64,000 bases of DNA from Eledone cirrhosa (Eukaryota), in NCBI GenBank assembly GCA_964016885.1, contig OZ024744.1, positions 94,116,001-94,180,000 on the forward strand, read 5' to 3'. Both the position numbers and the translations under genes were made by a program. Under the pieces are notes generated by a model. The model worked only from the letters and a program-made list of their open reading frames with translations. It had not been told where the DNA came from and made no database searches. Shown here piece after piece: positions 24,039 through 36,420 of this stretch. Within the stretch, counting starts at the first letter, position 1. Each line of letters opens with the position of its first letter.

Positions 24039-24197
24039 TAACCATAGTGAGTAAAGTTAATTTTTTAAAATTTATTTTGAAACTTTTTTTTATTTGCTAA
24101 ACCTTGATTATATATATATATATATTGTTATACTTTGGAAGGGTCATGCTGCCAATAAAAAACAACCATCCGGTTATTGAGCCAACCAACTGGAAAT

Positions 24198-24712
24198 CTA
24201 TATATAATATAAAAGAAAGATGTTTATTGGTTGGTTGAATCACACGAAAACTACACTCACACACACACACACACCTAAAGAGAGAGAGACACAGAGGGAG
24301 AGGTAGAAAGAGAGAGATAGGCTGTTATGCAGAGAGAGATACAATTAAAGTGTTAGATATTCAGCGAGAGAGAGAGAGAGAGACATCCCACAAAAGTATC
24401 AGTTGAAGGTTTAACAATATTGTGTTAGCTTTTATAAAGTAGTTTTACAGCCTTTGATTTTACAGAACAAAGAAAAATTGATACTATTTGAAATGAATCT
24501 ACCCTCCAGCTTTTATCCATATACTACTTACAGTCTGTACTAACAAAGCTAAACACTTCAGAAGCAATGTTATGCAGTATATTGCTGTGTATCAGATGAC
24601 GTCCTTTGGAGGTGAAAAAGATCATACTGACTATGGTTATTTCACAACATTTAAAATCCAAGGCCAATGCTACCATTTAATCAGCAGTTTACTTCCCTTG
24701 CCTAATAAGGAA
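24198..24712 (+). mobile_element. Helitron remnant (5' end and Rep/helicase N-terminal fragment)
   Basis: 24545-24712 reads KAKHFRSNVMQYIAVYQMTSFGG...FTTFKIQGQCYHLISSLLP, the Helitron QMTSFG/FKIQGQ.YH motif; TC-TATATA start at 24198. Confidence 0.75.
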
Positions 24713-25004
24713 GTTTTATGATTGTTTTGTTTATGTCTCTCTCACACACACACACACATTACTGTCTCATCTCCTACCAGACAACACATCCAATACAGTC
24801 GTTTTCTCTTTTAGCCCTCTTCTCTTAACTGTTGTCCCGAGTGAAGCCACGTACTTCAGCTAGTTTGTAATAAATTAAAGTGGAAACTGACAAGTGTGTG
24901 TGTTTTTATTGGCAGCATAACCCTCCCAAAGTATAACAAAATATGTTTCAACACATGTTTCAGATAAGAAATCTTGCAAAGCAAATTCAAAAACGAAGTA
25001 TATA

Positions 25005-25254
25005 TCATCATCATCATTTTACGTCTGCTTTTCCCTGCTTGCAAGGGTGGGACGGGAACTGATTCTGGCTTGATTTCTACAGCTGGATGCCCTTCCTAAC
25101 ACCAACCTCATTTACAGTGAGTGCTGGGTGCTTTTATTCCGTGGCACCTCCACGATCACTTTGCAGTGGAATGATATGGACCCCAGTCCCTATCATCTCA
25201 TTTCTACAGCTGAGTAAACTGGAGCAATGTGAAATAAAGTGTCTTGCTCAAGGA
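25005..25254 (-). mobile_element. CORE-type SINE with RTE-derived tail, 5' truncated
   Basis: Reverse complement of 56003-56257. Confidence 0.85.
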
Positions 25255-25271
25255 AATATATATATATATTA

Positions 25272-25683
25272 CAACCTTACCCAATTACACCTCTCAAAGA
25301 CAATGACACACGACCGTGACTTCTGGCGTCACACAGTAATACAGAGTACCCGACCTCCCATGGGTACAAGCTGAAGCATATAGACAATATGCCCCCACAC
25401 CCTCCACCGCAAGGTGGTCGTGGAGGTGCCACGGCAAAAAAGCACCCAGCCCACACTGTAAAGTGGACATGTAGGTGCCACGAAAAAGCACCCAGCACTC
25501 ACTGTAAATGAGGTTGGTGTTAGGAAGGGCATCCAGCTGTAGAAATCAAGCCAGAAACAGTTCCTGTATGAGCAAGGCATGGTCAGCCGACCAGACACTG
25601 CCCACAACAGGACAACCCGTCTAACTCATGCTAGCGTGGAAGAACGGACGTAAAACGGTGATGATGATGATGATGATGATGAT
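25272..25683 (+). mobile_element. RTE LINE 3' fragment
   Basis: LTQLHLSKTM peptide, 3' UTR, (GAT)n tail. Confidence 0.85.
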
Positions 25684-25739
25684 ATATATATATATATATA
25701 TATATATACACTGTACATCCTGTATATATATATATATAT

Positions 25740-26160
25740 TTATGAAAGTATACATACAAACACACATATATACATATATATATACAAACATGCACATATA
25801 TATATATATACACATGTATGCATGGGTTATATCGAATAATAATAATAATATTTGATTTGTTTGCAAGCAAACGGTCCGATAAAGCTATGCTGTGCCTTGA
25901 TGACCAATCGTCATCCGTTTGTTCAACAGTAACATTGAGGAACAACCAATATGTTTCTGGATCACATTGATTGTGCCACTGTTGAACAAACGGATGACAA
26001 TTGTTCAAAGCATAGCTTAGCTTTGTTGGACCATTTGCTTGCAAACGAATCAAATATTATTAATATTATTCACTATAATTTATACTTACATGTGTATATA
26101 TATATGTGTATGTGTGTGTGTGTGTGTGTGTGCGTGTGTGCGTATGCATACTTACATTTA
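25740..26160. mobile_element. Fold-back copy of a diverged retrozyme-like element
   Basis: Inverted arms at about 25822-25930 and 25978-26085; colinear similarity to the 424-nt unit, including the GAAA half of the HHR. Confidence 0.6.
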
Positions 26161-26515
26161 TGTATCTACTATGCTAGAGCGAGAAATAAAATTCTAAATT
26201 TTTTTTTTTATATATATATAATATATTTACAAACCTGTATGGATACTGTTTGTGATACCTAATTGTCATACAAACACGGACATGTTCGTGCCAATCATCG
26301 TTATCCCTTTCAGGTCTCAATGACAGTTTGAAATCTGGAAACTGAAATTTAATGAAAAGACTAAATAAGTTTCAATAAAATGTCAGCTCAAATAATATAA
26401 TAAGATCACCAAGTAGATCTGGAGGTCAATGTCACTCTTTCAACAACAGTACAACTCAAACATCGCTATCCCAGTCGTTACCTGGTCTTGGACAATGTGA
26501 GAGATTGTTCTATAG

Positions 26516-26851
26516 TATGGGCATGCAACAGGCGGCCTGTGGGCCATAATCTGGCCCGCCAGACCAGTCAAAGTGGCCCGTGATGACTATTTTAATTTTT
26601 ACCTTGTAGGCTTATTTAGAATTTTTTTCTTAACCATAATACAATTTTCTGTTATACCAAATACCAAGTCTCACATTAATAAAACTAAATTATATTTTAT
26701 TTGTCTTTATTGTTTAAAAATGTATTCACAATGTATTTATGACTCAATTCACTGGTTTTCATTAGATTACATATTTTTGACAGTGACTGGCCTTAATAGT
26801 TGTTCCAATGTTCATAAGTGGTCTGCCAGTGGAATATGTTGCACACCCCTG
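26516..26851. mobile_element. hAT-type MITE
   Basis: 8-bp TSD ttctatag on both sides; right end gttgcacacccctg; ggccc subterminal motifs. Confidence 0.8.
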
Positions 26852-26954
26852 TTCTATAGCATGTGGAAACCTATGTGCAGGCTGCTTCAGAGTTCCAATG
26901 GACAAAATGGAGAAAATATTGCCCTGGAGGATGACAAAGGAGACACATTTGAAT

Positions 26955-27340
26955 ATCTATTCTAACTTGCATTGATTGTTGTTGATATTGTCGAAGCACT
27001 ATTATTCCACAAGAGAAGGGAAATTGATTATTTTCTTTTTCTTTATTCTAAATACAAGAGAATCTAGGATGTTCTTGCTAAATATATCTAACTCATTTCT
27101 AGCAAGATTGATTCATTTGCATTGAAGATTACTAATAGAATTGATTTTGTGATCTTTGAATGTAATGTAAGGTTTATGTAAGGTTAAATGTTCAAGCCTA
27201 CTGTCTATTTGAAGGCTTGTGACAATGTGTTTGGCTTTGAGGTATTATAGGTATTAATGTCAGATTCTTTGTAAATGTTAGTAATGTTATTGGACAATGT
27301 TATAACAGAATCAATGACATTTATTCAACAAATTTCAATG
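26955..27340 (-). mobile_element. Old Naiad/Penelope RT remnant
   Basis: Reverse strand reads KPYITFKDHK...INLARNELDIFSKNILD, aligning with the RT at 45020-45140. Confidence 0.75.
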
Positions 27341-27397
27341 AAAGTATATGTTTGCAATAAAAAAAAAAAGAAAAAGTGGCAAAAAGATTAAATAGCA

Positions 27398-27643
27398 AAG
27401 GTAAGTGAAAGAGGGGTGGGTTGGCAGACCCTATACCCCATTCTAGGCAGTTTATCTCATCTGTGCCCTGCAGACAAAATGGTGAAGACATTGCTATAGA
27501 GCAGAGGTTCTCAAATTTTGGTTAAGGTAAGTGAAAGAGGGGTGGGTTGGCAGACCCTATACCCCATTCTAGGCAGTTTATCTCATCTGTGCCCTGCAGA
27601 CAAAATGGTGAAGACATTGCTATAGAGCAGAGGTTCTCAAATT
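27398..27643. repeat. 126-bp direct tandem duplication
   Basis: aaggtaagtgaaagagggg...cagaggttctcaaattt at 27398 and 27524. Confidence 0.9.
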
Positions 27644-27911
27644 TGCCCCCCCCCCCCCCCCGGACAGGTAAAACCCTCAGCACCCCCACCCCTATTTCCA
27701 GAGAGATCTGCCTACGCACAAATTGTAAATAATATATAATAAATAAAATCGTTAATTTATATATAATAAATAATATAATACATATGATGTATAAATAAAT
27801 ATTATATATTTTTTATTTGACTATATTTATATATATATGTATCATTTAATATTCGATATACTACTATATCATCTCTACCGCTATCCCCATCACCCCCTTT
27901 GAGAACTTCTG
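27628..27911. mobile_element. hAT-type MITE
   Basis: TIR cagaggttctcaaa/tttgagaacttctg; 8-bp TSD ctatagag/ttatagag. Confidence 0.82.
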
Positions 27912-28419
27912 TTATAGAGATTAGCCAATGCCACCTGCTGCATCAGCCACTCTACCTCACAGAGTTCCTTCCTCTGGCAGGCTGCACTTCTCCCAATTTT
28001 ACAGAGGAAAACAACAGTTTGAGGACCAATGACACCAGAAATCATAACAGCCAACCAGCATAAAAGAAGGAAGTGCCCAGTCCTGGTATTTGATTATCTT
28101 CCTCTCCTCCACATTACAGGCAACAGTGTCCAAGTTTGTAACCAAAGTGACAAGGTCTCTGATATCTGTTTCTATCTATTCCAAATAGATTTCGTGTTTT
28201 GGTTTTGTGTAAAGTTTTAACTCTTTAGCATTTAAACCAGCCATAACCAGCCAGAATTCTCTCACCTCTTTCTGTTCAAACTGGCTGTAACCGGCTGCTC
28301 ATACTCATGTTAAGGTATTGTTATCAAAATAAATGATATCAAACTCTCATAGATTCAATATTATGTGAGTTATGTGAGATAAAGCCTTTACTGTGAAAAT
28401 ACAATAGTATATATAGAGT

Positions 28420-28600
28420 AATTGTTTCTACTTTAGGCACAAGGCCAGCAATTACCCAGTGCGTTACTGGTACTTTATTTCATTGACCCCGTAAGGATGA
28501 AAGGCAAAGTCAACCTCGGCGGGATTTGAACTCAGATCGTAAAGGGACGTAACTATGCTGGAAAGCATGGCGTCCGACCCTCTACCGATACTGCCAATCC
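28420..28600 (-). mobile_element. tRNA-derived SINE inserted in a TTAA MITE
   Basis: Matches 56601-56787; agtaat duplicated at the flanks. Confidence 0.85.
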
Positions 28601-28989
28601 AGTAATGTAAATGCTAAAGGGTTAAATGTTGTTTTAGAGCAGGTTAATATTTACCATTTTTACTATGTTAAAAAAAAAGATCATGACAACCCATCTAACC
28701 TGTGCAAACATGGAAAATAGACATAAATTGGTGATGATGACATATATATCGTAGGTCTCCATTGGTCACTAAGTACCATGGTTTTTTACCTGGAATGTTG
28801 CTCTCCAAGGCACAAACCTAAGCAGTTGGAAGACCAGCAGTTACCCATGTATAGAAATCTCCCTTCTCCAAGCCACTGATGTCACAACTAATTTCTACAA
28901 CTGAGTGAACTGGAATAACATGAAATAAAGTGTTTTGCTCAAGAACACAACGCACTGCCCAGTTTGAGATTTGAACTCAAAACCTTATG

Positions 28990-29052
<63 letters not shown>

Positions 29053-29147
29053 GATTAAAGTTTAAGCAAAGAATCGCTGCTTTCACCCTTAACGGGATCT
29101 TCTGAGCCCTCTTTGGATTTTAGTCTACAAATTTATTATTATTACTA

Positions 29148-29178
<31 letters not shown>

Positions 29179-29340
29179 TCCGGGTTGAATCGGAGGCAAC
29201 TACAGTAAGTAAGGTACTCAATACATAGCAGAGTATAAAAGTTTTAATATAGAAGAGTTTCTACAGGACTAGGACTGTTTCCTGATGATTTCTCACCAAT
29301 GAAACAGTTATAGTCCTATAGAAGCTCTTCTATATTAAAA

Positions 29341-29398
<58 letters not shown>

Positions 29399-29604
29399 TA
29401 TGTACACGTACATACATATATGTATACCGACGTACAGTAGTATGTATATATATATATATACATACATGCACACATATATATATGCACGTATGGATTCACC
29501 GAACATTTATTATAATGCTCGGTGTGTTTGTAAACAAACATCCCGTATTAAGCCGTAGTGTCTAGCAACCACCGTTGCTCGTTTGTTCAACACTGACAAA
29601 GGAA

Positions 29605-29645
29605 CGCTGTACTAGTTTCAAGCTTGTTAGCTATCGTCAGCAACG
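29605..29645 (-). ncRNA. Type I hammerhead ribozyme
   Basis: Reverse complement: cgttg CTGACGA tagct-aaca-agctt GAAA ctag TA cagcg. Confidence 0.9.
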
Positions 29646-30028
29646 TATACCTTCCTGCCAGATTGTTGAACGTATATACTTACCTTATGCATATTAACGG
29701 CTGAGAAGCCCAATATGCATATCGAGTGGGTTAATCGGCCGGGTGCACCGAAAACGATAAACGGAAAAAATGAAACGATATTTCATTTCCCACTCTTAGT
29801 ACGGCTGTTACTTAAATATAAGTATGTACACGTACATACATATATGTATACCGACGTACAGTAGTATGTATATATATATATATACATACATGCACACATA
29901 TATATATGCACGTATGGATTCACCGAACATTTATTATAATGCTCGGTGTGTTTGTAAACAAACATCCCGTATTAAGCCGTAGTGTCTAGCAACCACCGTT
30001 GCTCGTTTGTTCAACACTGACAAAGGAA

Positions 30029-30069
30029 CGCTGTACTAGTTTCAAGCTTGTTAGCTATCGTCAGCAACG
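30029..30069 (-). ncRNA. Type I hammerhead ribozyme
   Basis: Same sequence as 29605-29645. Confidence 0.9.
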
Positions 30070-30104
30070 TATACCTTCCTGCCAGATTGTTGAACGTATA
30101 TACT

Positions 30105-30135
<31 letters not shown>

Positions 30136-30426
30136 ATTTCAGCGAGATCGAATTTCGGCAGTTGTCAAAAACAAAGCGAAACATTTTTGGTTTTTGTATT
30201 TGTTATTACTATATATAATAATAATAATAAATATAAAAACCAAAATCCAGAACATCCTGCTTTAGGATGAAAGCAGAAATTGTATTCTTAAACTTTTAAT
30301 CTGAGTTAATAATTGTTTCTACTTTTGGCACAAGGCCAGCAATTACCCAGTGTATTACTGGTACTTTATTTTAATAATAATAAATAATGAGTTAATAATA
30401 AATACAAATATATATATGTATATATA

Positions 30427-30766
30427 TAGTGGAACTTCAGTTCACAAATGCCTCTCATCACAAACAAATTAATTCAAGAAGAATTTTTCCAAACATAAAA
30501 TTTCTCAGTTCACAAATGGTATCCCAAGTAATAAGCACACAAGCCGGCAACAACAGTTGACAACAAACTTAGAAAATTGGCATGAAAGCGTCAATTGTTG
30601 TCTAATTAGTTACTATGGTTATATCTATGTCTTTCATATATTGTCTCTATCTCACTGTATCTCTCTCTAAACATTTCATCTGAAAAAAATAGTTTTGGTT
30701 TATGAACATTTTGGATGATGAATGGCCTTCAGCAATGAATTAAGTTTGTGAACAGGGGTTCCACTG
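30427..30766. mobile_element. Tigger/pogo-type MITE
   Basis: agtggaacttcagttcacaaa...tttgtgaacaggggttccactg-TA imperfect TIRs. Confidence 0.72.
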
Positions 30767-30774
30767 TATATATA

Positions 30775-31666
30775 CAGGGTGCGAACGATATTTGTTCGTA
30801 ATTTTCAACTGCTAATTTTATGCAAATTTTTTTTACTTCCATTGTCACTCTTGTCTTCATAAAAACAGTGACTATATTTCCATTATTTATTTTCAGAATA
30901 ATTGATTATGAATAATTTTGAACCTCCAAATTTGTGGAAGAGACACGGAGTTCTTCTTGGAATCCGCGCCGGGAGGACAAATAAGACCAGAAGATCAACT
31001 CTCAGAACAACAGGTGACTCGCTGTCTCATCCAAAGATGTGCTCAGAGTCATGCAGACAAAGTTTCCAACGACAACATTGGTCTTAGGTGTCGTCAGCAG
31101 TCAAGGTGACGTCATGCCACCTCACTTCTTCCCTGAGGGCCTCAAGCTGAACACCGATGGTTACATCTGCGTTCTGAGCGAGGTAGTAAAGCCCAGGATC
31201 GACCATGTAGCTGCAGGTAGGCCGTACGTGTGGCAGCAAGACTCAGTGCCCTGCCATACCAGCCGAAAGGCCCAAGCCTGGTTGTCAGAGAATTTCGTCG
31301 ACCACACTTCACCTGACATCTGGCCTCCCAGCTCGCCTGACTGCAACCCCCTCGACTGCTTTGTGTGGGGCGCAGTGGAACGAGACACCAACAGATCTAG
31401 CTGCAATACGAAAGACGATCTGAAGGCCAGGATCACAAGTGCCTTTAGGAGCCTAAGTCGGGGGACAGTGACGAAGGCCTGTAGCCGGTCCCGAGGCCGT
31501 CTTGAGGCCATCATCAAAGCCAATGGCGGGTTTATTGAGTGAGATCGAAAGAACAAGTCATGAAGACAAACTGACCCAAGTTTGATAAATATATCTTAAA
31601 AAATAAAATTACTGTGTTATTTTTTCCTAGACAGTAATCTTGCGAACAAATGTCATCCGCACCCTG
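30775..31666 (+). mobile_element. Internally deleted Tc1/mariner transposon, DD37D (maT) family
   Basis: TA-cagggtgcgaacgatatttgttcg...cgaacaaatgtcatccgcaccctg-TA; ORF 31039-31542 has WQQD-(37 aa)-D with WPPSSPDCNPLD. Confidence 0.92.
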
Positions 31667-31672
31667 TATAAA

Positions 31673-31863
31673 TAATTGTTTCTACTTTTGGCACAAGGCC
31701 AGCAATTATCCCAGTACATTACTGGTACTTTATTTTATCGACCCTTAAGGATGAAAGGCAAAGTTAACCTCAGCGGGATTTGAACTCAGACCGTAAAAGG
31801 CCATAACTCTATACTGCAAAGCATGGTGTCTGACGTTCTACCGATACTGCCAATCCACCACCC
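31673..31863 (-). mobile_element. tRNA-derived SINE with a Tx1-like tail
   Basis: Matches 56601-56787; another copy at 32551-32735 (+). Confidence 0.85.
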
Positions 31864-32749
31864 TTGATGATGATCATCATACACACACACACACACATAC
31901 ATACACACACACACACACATACATACATACATACACACACATACATACTCACACAAAATGCTGTTACTGCTAATGATAATCACACACACAAAGATGTTGG
32001 TATTAGGAAGGGTAAGGAATTGCATACTTCAGCAATATATGGCTCCCCAGGGTGGCTGTTGCAGCAGGTGTCACTGGCCATCGTGGGGGGAGGGAGGGGC
32101 TTTTGCGGTTCAGCCCTTTTGCCCTAGGGCTAAAGCCCAATCACCCTCACCCTCCACCCATCCCCTCTCTTTTGTGACACCAGAGCTCTTGCCATCCCCT
32201 TTCTTTCCCATTCTTTTCTTCTTTCTCTCTCTCTTTTTTTTCTCTACATTTCCCTATTCTTTCTTTCCTTTTGTTACCCCCTTTTTTTTTCTTTTTTCTT
32301 ACTAAATAAGATTTGTTTTTTTTGCTTTTGAATAAATACAATAATATCTAAAAAAAAATAAAATAAAATAAAAAAAATACAATCTAGGATTAAGTACTGA
32401 CTCAGTCAATGATGACCTCCAGCCCCCCCCCCCCCACATCCAGTGTAACAGTCCACAGCCTTGTTCATGGTCTGATGGCTTACCCATTCATGGTCTGGTT
32501 GTTTTTGACAGTTAAATGAACTACTGACCTAGTCAGTTTTTATTAAGCATGGATTGGCAGTATCAGTAGAGGGAAGGACGCCATGCTTTGACGCACAGAG
32601 TTACGGCCCTTGCCATTCTGAGTTCAAATCCCGCCGAGGTTAACTTTGCCTTTCATCCTTACGGGGTCAATAAAATAAAAGTACCAGTAATGTACTGGGT
32701 ATTGCTGGCCTTGTGCCTAAAGTAGAAACAATTATTAAGCAGTAGTGGG

Positions 32750-33812
32750 ATTATGTGTGTGTGTGTGACTATCATCTCAGCATTATGTGTGTGCGTGTGT
32801 GAGACCATCAACATCATCAGCATTATGTGTGCGTGTGTGAGACCATCAACATCATCAGCATTATGTGTGTGTGTGTGTGAGACCATCATCATCATCAGCA
32901 TTATGTGTGTGTGTGTGTGTGAGACCATCATCATCATCAGCATTATGTGTGTGTGTGTGAGACCATCATCATCAGCATTATGTGTGTGTGTGTGTGAGAC
33001 CATCATCATCATCATCAGCATTATGTGTGTGTGTGTGTGTGTGACACCATCATCATCATCATCAGCATTATGTGTGTGTGTGTGTGTGTGTGAGACCATC
33101 ATCATCATCAGCATTATGTGTGTGTGTGAGACCATCATCATCATCAGCATTATATGTGTGTGTGTGTGAGACCATCATCATCATCATCAGCATTATGTGT
33201 GTGTGTGTGTGTGTGACCATCATCATCATCAGCATTATGTGTGTGTGTGTGTGAGACCATCATCATCATCAGCATTATGTGTGTGTGAGACCATCATCAT
33301 CATCAGCATTATGTGTGTGTGTGTGAGACCATCATCATCAGCATTATGTGTGTGTGTGTGAGACCATCATCATCAGCATTATGTGTGTGTGTGTGAGACC
33401 ATCATCATCATCAGCATTATGTGTGTGTGTGTGTGTGTATGACCATCATCATCATCAGCATTATGTGTGTGTGTGTGAGACCATCATCATCATCAGCATT
33501 GTGTGTGTGTGTGTGTGTGAGACCATCATCATCATCAGCATTATGTGTGTGTATGTGTGTGTGACCATCATCATCATCAGCATTATGTGTGTGTATGTGT
33601 GTGTGACCATCATCATCATCAGCATTATGTGTGTGTGTGTGTGTGTGACCATCATCATCAGCATTATGTGTGTGTGTGTGTGAGACCATCATCATCATCA
33701 TCATCATCAGCATTGTGTGTATGTGTGTGTGTGTGTGTGACCATCATCATCAACAGCATTATATGTGTGTGTGAGACCATCATCATCATCAGCATTATGT
33801 GTGTGTGTGTGT
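32750..33812. repeat. Compound minisatellite gac(cat)n-cagcattat(gt)n
   Basis: Roughly 28 units with variable CAT and GT run lengths. Confidence 0.93.
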
Positions 33813-33834
33813 AAATATATATATATATATATAT

Positions 33835-34658
33835 ATAAGTATGTACATGTACATACATATATGTATACAGACGTACAGTAGTATGTATAGATATATACAT
33901 ACATGCACATATATATATATGTACGTATGGATTCACCGAACATTTATTATAATGCTCGGTGTGTTTGTAAACAAACATCCCGTATTAAGCCGTAGTATCC
34001 AGTAATCATCGTTGCTCGTTTGTTCAACACTGTGTTTACAAACACACCGAGCATTATAATAAATGTTCGGTGAATCCATACGTACATATATATATATGTG
34101 TGCATGTATGTATATATATATACATACTACTGTACGTCTGTATACATATATGTATGTACGTGTACATACTTATATTTAAGTAACAGCCGTACTAAGAGTG
34201 GGAAATGAAATTTTGTTTCATTTTTTCCGTTTATCGTTTTCGGTGCACCCGGCCGATTAACCCACTCGATATGCAAATTGGGCTACTCAGCCGTTAATAT
34301 GCATAAGGTAAGTATATACGTTCAACAATCTGGCAGGAAGGTATACGTTGCTGACGATAGCTAATAAGCTTGAAACTAGTACAGCGTTCCTTTGTCAGTG
34401 TTGAACAAACGAGCAACGATGGTTGCTGGACACTACGGCTTAATACGGGATGTTTGTTTACAAACACACCGAGCATTATAGTAAATGTTCGGTGAATCCA
34501 TACGTACATATATATATATGTGTGCATGTATGTATATATATATATACATACATACTACTGTACGTCTGTATACATTTATGTATGTACGTGTACATACTTA
34601 TATTTAAGTAACAGCCGTACTAAGAGTGGGAAATGAAATTTCGTTTCATTTTTTCCGT
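33835..34658 (+). mobile_element. Retrozyme-like element: 1.5 tandem units (34033-34658) with an inverted 5' segment (33835-34032)
   Basis: Same unit as 29393-30112, period about 422; HHR at 34346-34386. Confidence 0.85.
34346..34386 (+). ncRNA. Type I hammerhead ribozyme, predicted cleavage after GUA at 34381
   Basis: cgttg CTGACGA tagct-aata-agctt GAAA ctag TA cagcg; stem I extends through tggca-ggaa/ttcc-tgtca and gttcaaca/tgttgaac. Confidence 0.92.
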
Positions 34659-34677
34659 ATATATATATATATATATA

Positions 34678-34715
<38 letters not shown>

Positions 34716-34934
34716 AATATTTGTTTGACCCGAATTACTTAGTCGTTTTTATGGCTGTGCGGATGATTGTTTAACCATCGTCTCAGTGTGTTTGGCCTTT
34801 AACGTATGCTGTAGCTCTGGTTCATCGGAATCATTGAGCGCTTGCCACACATCTCGGAAGTTGTTTTTCGTTAATTCCTAAGCCAAAATACGATTCTCGC
34901 TAATTTATATTTGTAAATAAATATATATATACAC

Positions 34935-36070
34935 ACACCCTGCCACCACTGACCCCCCCCCCCCCCCCACTAACACACCCGCATTCAACACTTTCCCCAC
35001 CACCAGTATACTAACACCCACTAACACCCGCTTCACCACACACACTCATCCAAACACGCATACACACACCAGTTCACTACACTCCCTCCACCGTCCCCCA
35101 CACCTTTCTCTCCCTCTCCCCGCTACACCCACATCCCTTCACACACACATCCCACTAACACTTCTACTAATACACACCCCCTCCCCACTCCACCTTTCAC
35201 ACCTACCCATCCTCTCCCCTGTCCACCGCACCTCCGCACACACAAAGACACACAACCCTCCTCCTGCCTTGACCCTCTGACCACTTCCTGTTGCATGCGC
35301 ACCCCACATCTCCCCTCTTCCGACCAACCCAACCACGGATTACACACATTGGACATTGCTCCCACGAATCAACTCCATCACTAGGAAAATATCCGGCATC
35401 CCACCACACCCTCTACAGAACTACCTTAGGAACTTACCCACGGATATACACTCAAAAAATTTATTTTCCCACACGCCACCTACATCCACAATACGTATAA
35501 ACACCACACACACGTGCGTACCTCCACATATTTACACACTCAGCCTCCGGAATCCTCTCCCCCCCCTCCCACACCCCTCTGACCATTCCCCATCTACACA
35601 CGAACGCACACACCGACCTACACCCCACCCCTCACACACCTTTTCCTGAACATAGAACCACGTTCTCCCCCAACTTTCACATTGACATACACACACACAC
35701 GTACACCTACACACCACCTTCAGCCCTCCCCGCTCGGACACCCCACCTCCCTCTCCCCACTCCACCCACCACCACCCCTACACGCCCCACACCCTTCTAC
35801 CACTTGTTTATCTTCATTTTTATTTTTATTATGTTTTTCTATTTATTTTCATTTGTACCCCATCCACCGTTTCCTCTCACCCCCTTTTTTCTAAATGTCT
35901 CTCCCCCACTCCCCTACACACCCTTGGAACTCTCTTCCCACACACTTTTCGCCTGAAGGGCTTATGCCCGAAACGCCCCCCCCCCCCACACACACACACT
36001 CTCAAGAGCATGAAACTAATAAACCTTTGTTCGTACTGCCTCTCTGTTTTGTTCCCGTTCCATTTTTCAC
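34935..36070 (+). mobile_element. C-rich degenerate repeat, possibly a Penelope-like 3' remnant
   Basis: Ends with a decayed HHR-like ctgaagggcttatgcccgaaacg (35953-35975) followed by aataaa; no clear ORF. Confidence 0.35.
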
Positions 36071-36074
36071 TATA

Positions 36075-36130
<56 letters not shown>

Positions 36131-36214
36131 TATATACACATATATATATAGATGAGATTCTACAGGATTAGAACTGTTTAATTCTTTAGAAATCATCAGG
36201 AATCTCTCTCTCTA

Positions 36215-36252
<38 letters not shown>

Positions 36253-36256
<4 letters not shown>

Positions 36257-36420
36257 TTCCAAATATTAACAAAATAGATATTCTTGTGATCAATTATATT
36301 TTATTATACATATTTCAGAGGTACTGAATTAAATTCAACAGTACGTCCTCATCAGATAAAATAAAATGATACATGACATACCCTGACATTGTAGATGGTT
36401 AAGATTTAATCAAGGTAGTG
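36253..36420 (-). mobile_element. Penelope-like pLTR with HHR at 36299-36361
   Basis: Reverse complement: ttttat CTGATGA ggacgtactg...cagtacctct GAAA tatgta TA ataaaa; same family as 6492-6838. Confidence 0.8.

Larger units (their letters stand above)
29393..30112 (-). mobile_element. Retrozyme-like element: 1.7 tandem copies of a 424-bp non-coding HHR unit
   Basis: HHRs at 29605-29645 and 30029-30069, exactly 424 bp apart; copies look identical; embedded in (TA)n. Confidence 0.85.

Noticed and set aside
29335-29965. Repeated short ORFs [13 protein letters not shown] in the 424-bp unit
   Set aside because: Non-ATG starts, run through dinucleotide repeats, and not conserved in frame between loci
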